Part shown: piece after piece, positions 63,800-64,000 of the stretch
Position numbering within the stretch: the stretch's first letter is position 1
How the letters are laid out: every line of letters starts with the position of its first letter
From: an uncultured Gammaproteobacteria bacterium
GTDB lineage: Bacteria; Patescibacteriota; Microgenomatia; Levybacterales; UBA12049
Assembly (NCBI GenBank): GCA_964497535.1
Contig: CAZCCG010000001.1
Location: 194,858 to 258,857, forward strand
Length of the DNA stretch: 64,000 nt
Direction: 5' to 3'
Made by a program: the position numbers and the translations under genes
The notes under the pieces: generated by a model
What the model was told of the DNA's origin: nothing
Databases searched by the model: none
The model's input: only the letters and a program-made list of their open reading frames with translations

Positions 63800-64000
63800 T
63801 GCCGCTTTTTGCATTTTACAGAATTTCTGGCAGAAGTATGGAGCCTGCTTTGCAGGAAAGACAAACAGTCATAGTTAGTTCTATTCCTTTTTTCTTTTTC
63901 CCTCCGCAGGTAAATGACATTATTGTCGTATGTACCCCAAAAGTAAAAAATAAAATCATAAAACGCATAAAAAAGAAAAGACATAATACATTTTTTGTTG
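63799..64000 (+). CDS. sodX: NiSOD maturation peptidase SodX (signal-peptidase S26 family), 3' end truncated by the window
   Basis: TAATG overlap with sodN. MPLFAFYRISGRSMEPALQERQTVIV... has the S26 catalytic SMEP motif. The frame is open to the end of the window. Confidence 0.7.
   Translation, partial: MPLFAFYRISGRSMEPALQERQTVIVSSIPFFFFPPQVNDIIVVCTPKVKNKIIKRIKKKRHNTFFV

Noticed and set aside
1-64000. CRISPR arrays, transposases, integrases or prophage structural genes
   Set aside because: I scanned for regularly spaced direct repeats. None fits a repeat-spacer periodicity, and no ORF has DDE/HUH transposase or tyrosine/serine recombinase signatures.

Overview
This 64 kb window is low-GC (about 35-37%) and densely coding. 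It comes from an uncultivated-type bacterium. Many proteins end in lysine-rich tails, there are many DUF-type and small membrane proteins, and many genes look leaderless (TATAAT 6-8 nt before the ATG with no Shine-Dalgarno sequence). I call about 95 CDS and one tRNA, tRNA-Asn(GTT).

Housekeeping genes:
- rpoD (5' end cut by the window edge), nadE, msrB, msrA, mutL, mutS and a ClpB-like AAA+ chaperone.
- A DEAD-box helicase behind a consensus promoter and a long 5' UTR.
- glgA.
- An AlaX-like tRNA-editing protein.
- A Pif1-type helicase, an ABC exporter and an MFS transporter.

Regulation and sensing:
- A PAS histidine kinase with a receiver-only response regulator, facing a standalone 7TM sensor-like protein.
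- A MASE1 histidine kinase, a YheO-like regulator and an HxlR/MarR-DUF24 regulator.

Stress and detoxification:
- Four VOC/glyoxalase paralogs with DUF1428 and DUF1905/YdeI proteins around the tRNA-Asn locus.
- A nickel superoxide dismutase precursor (sodN) translationally coupled to its S26-type maturation peptidase (sodX, cut by the window end).

Envelope and secreted functions:
- A GT-C / GT2 / LAB_N glycosylation operon.
- An Rpf-like transglycosylase with a Pro/Thr-repeat linker, a cupredoxin, a PKD-domain protein and a ferric-reductase-like membrane protein.
- A bacterial SET-domain protein, a standalone C39-like peptidase domain and a dual-specificity phosphatase.

Accessory content:
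- A type II restriction-modification module whose C5-cytosine methyltransferase carries an N-terminal HTH.
- Three higher-GC compositional islands (8980-9960, 18900-19445 and 26230-28330). Their genes use strong Shine-Dalgarno sites, unlike the host genes. The third island holds three near-identical consensus sigma70 promoters, each with its own terminator, and a DnaJ-type CxxCxGxG zinc-finger mini-protein.

Repeats not explained by coding:
- A 36 bp element repeated five times, all on the same strand (8430, 8944, 10280, 12849, 47542). Its consensus is GCACACA-yCCGG-TGTGTGC-yAGsTAGACACAT, which has three arms able to form alternative pairings. Successive copies bracket discrete modules (the HxlR regulator, the first GC island, the restriction-modification cassette). 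Copies sit 30-70 nt upstream of minus-strand gene starts.
- A roughly 70 bp repeat family in three copies (15.3 kb, 16.9 kb, 18.8 kb). The last two form an inverted pair around the ABC exporter gene.
- Two copies of a structured intergenic element ending in a CTTTTCTAAAAAG hairpin whose stem bases differ in a compensating way.
- A tRNA-Asn locus with signs of repeated insertion: a duplicated promoter/3'-flank repeat, a decayed copy of the tRNA 3' end, and a 5' tRNA fragment interrupted by an 18 nt palindrome flanking a GIY-YIG ORF.

I also propose three small ORFs missing from the track: a 39 aa basic protein, a 45 aa ORF coupled by ATGA overlap, and a 38 aa leaderless membrane peptide. No CRISPR array, transposase or integrase is visible.
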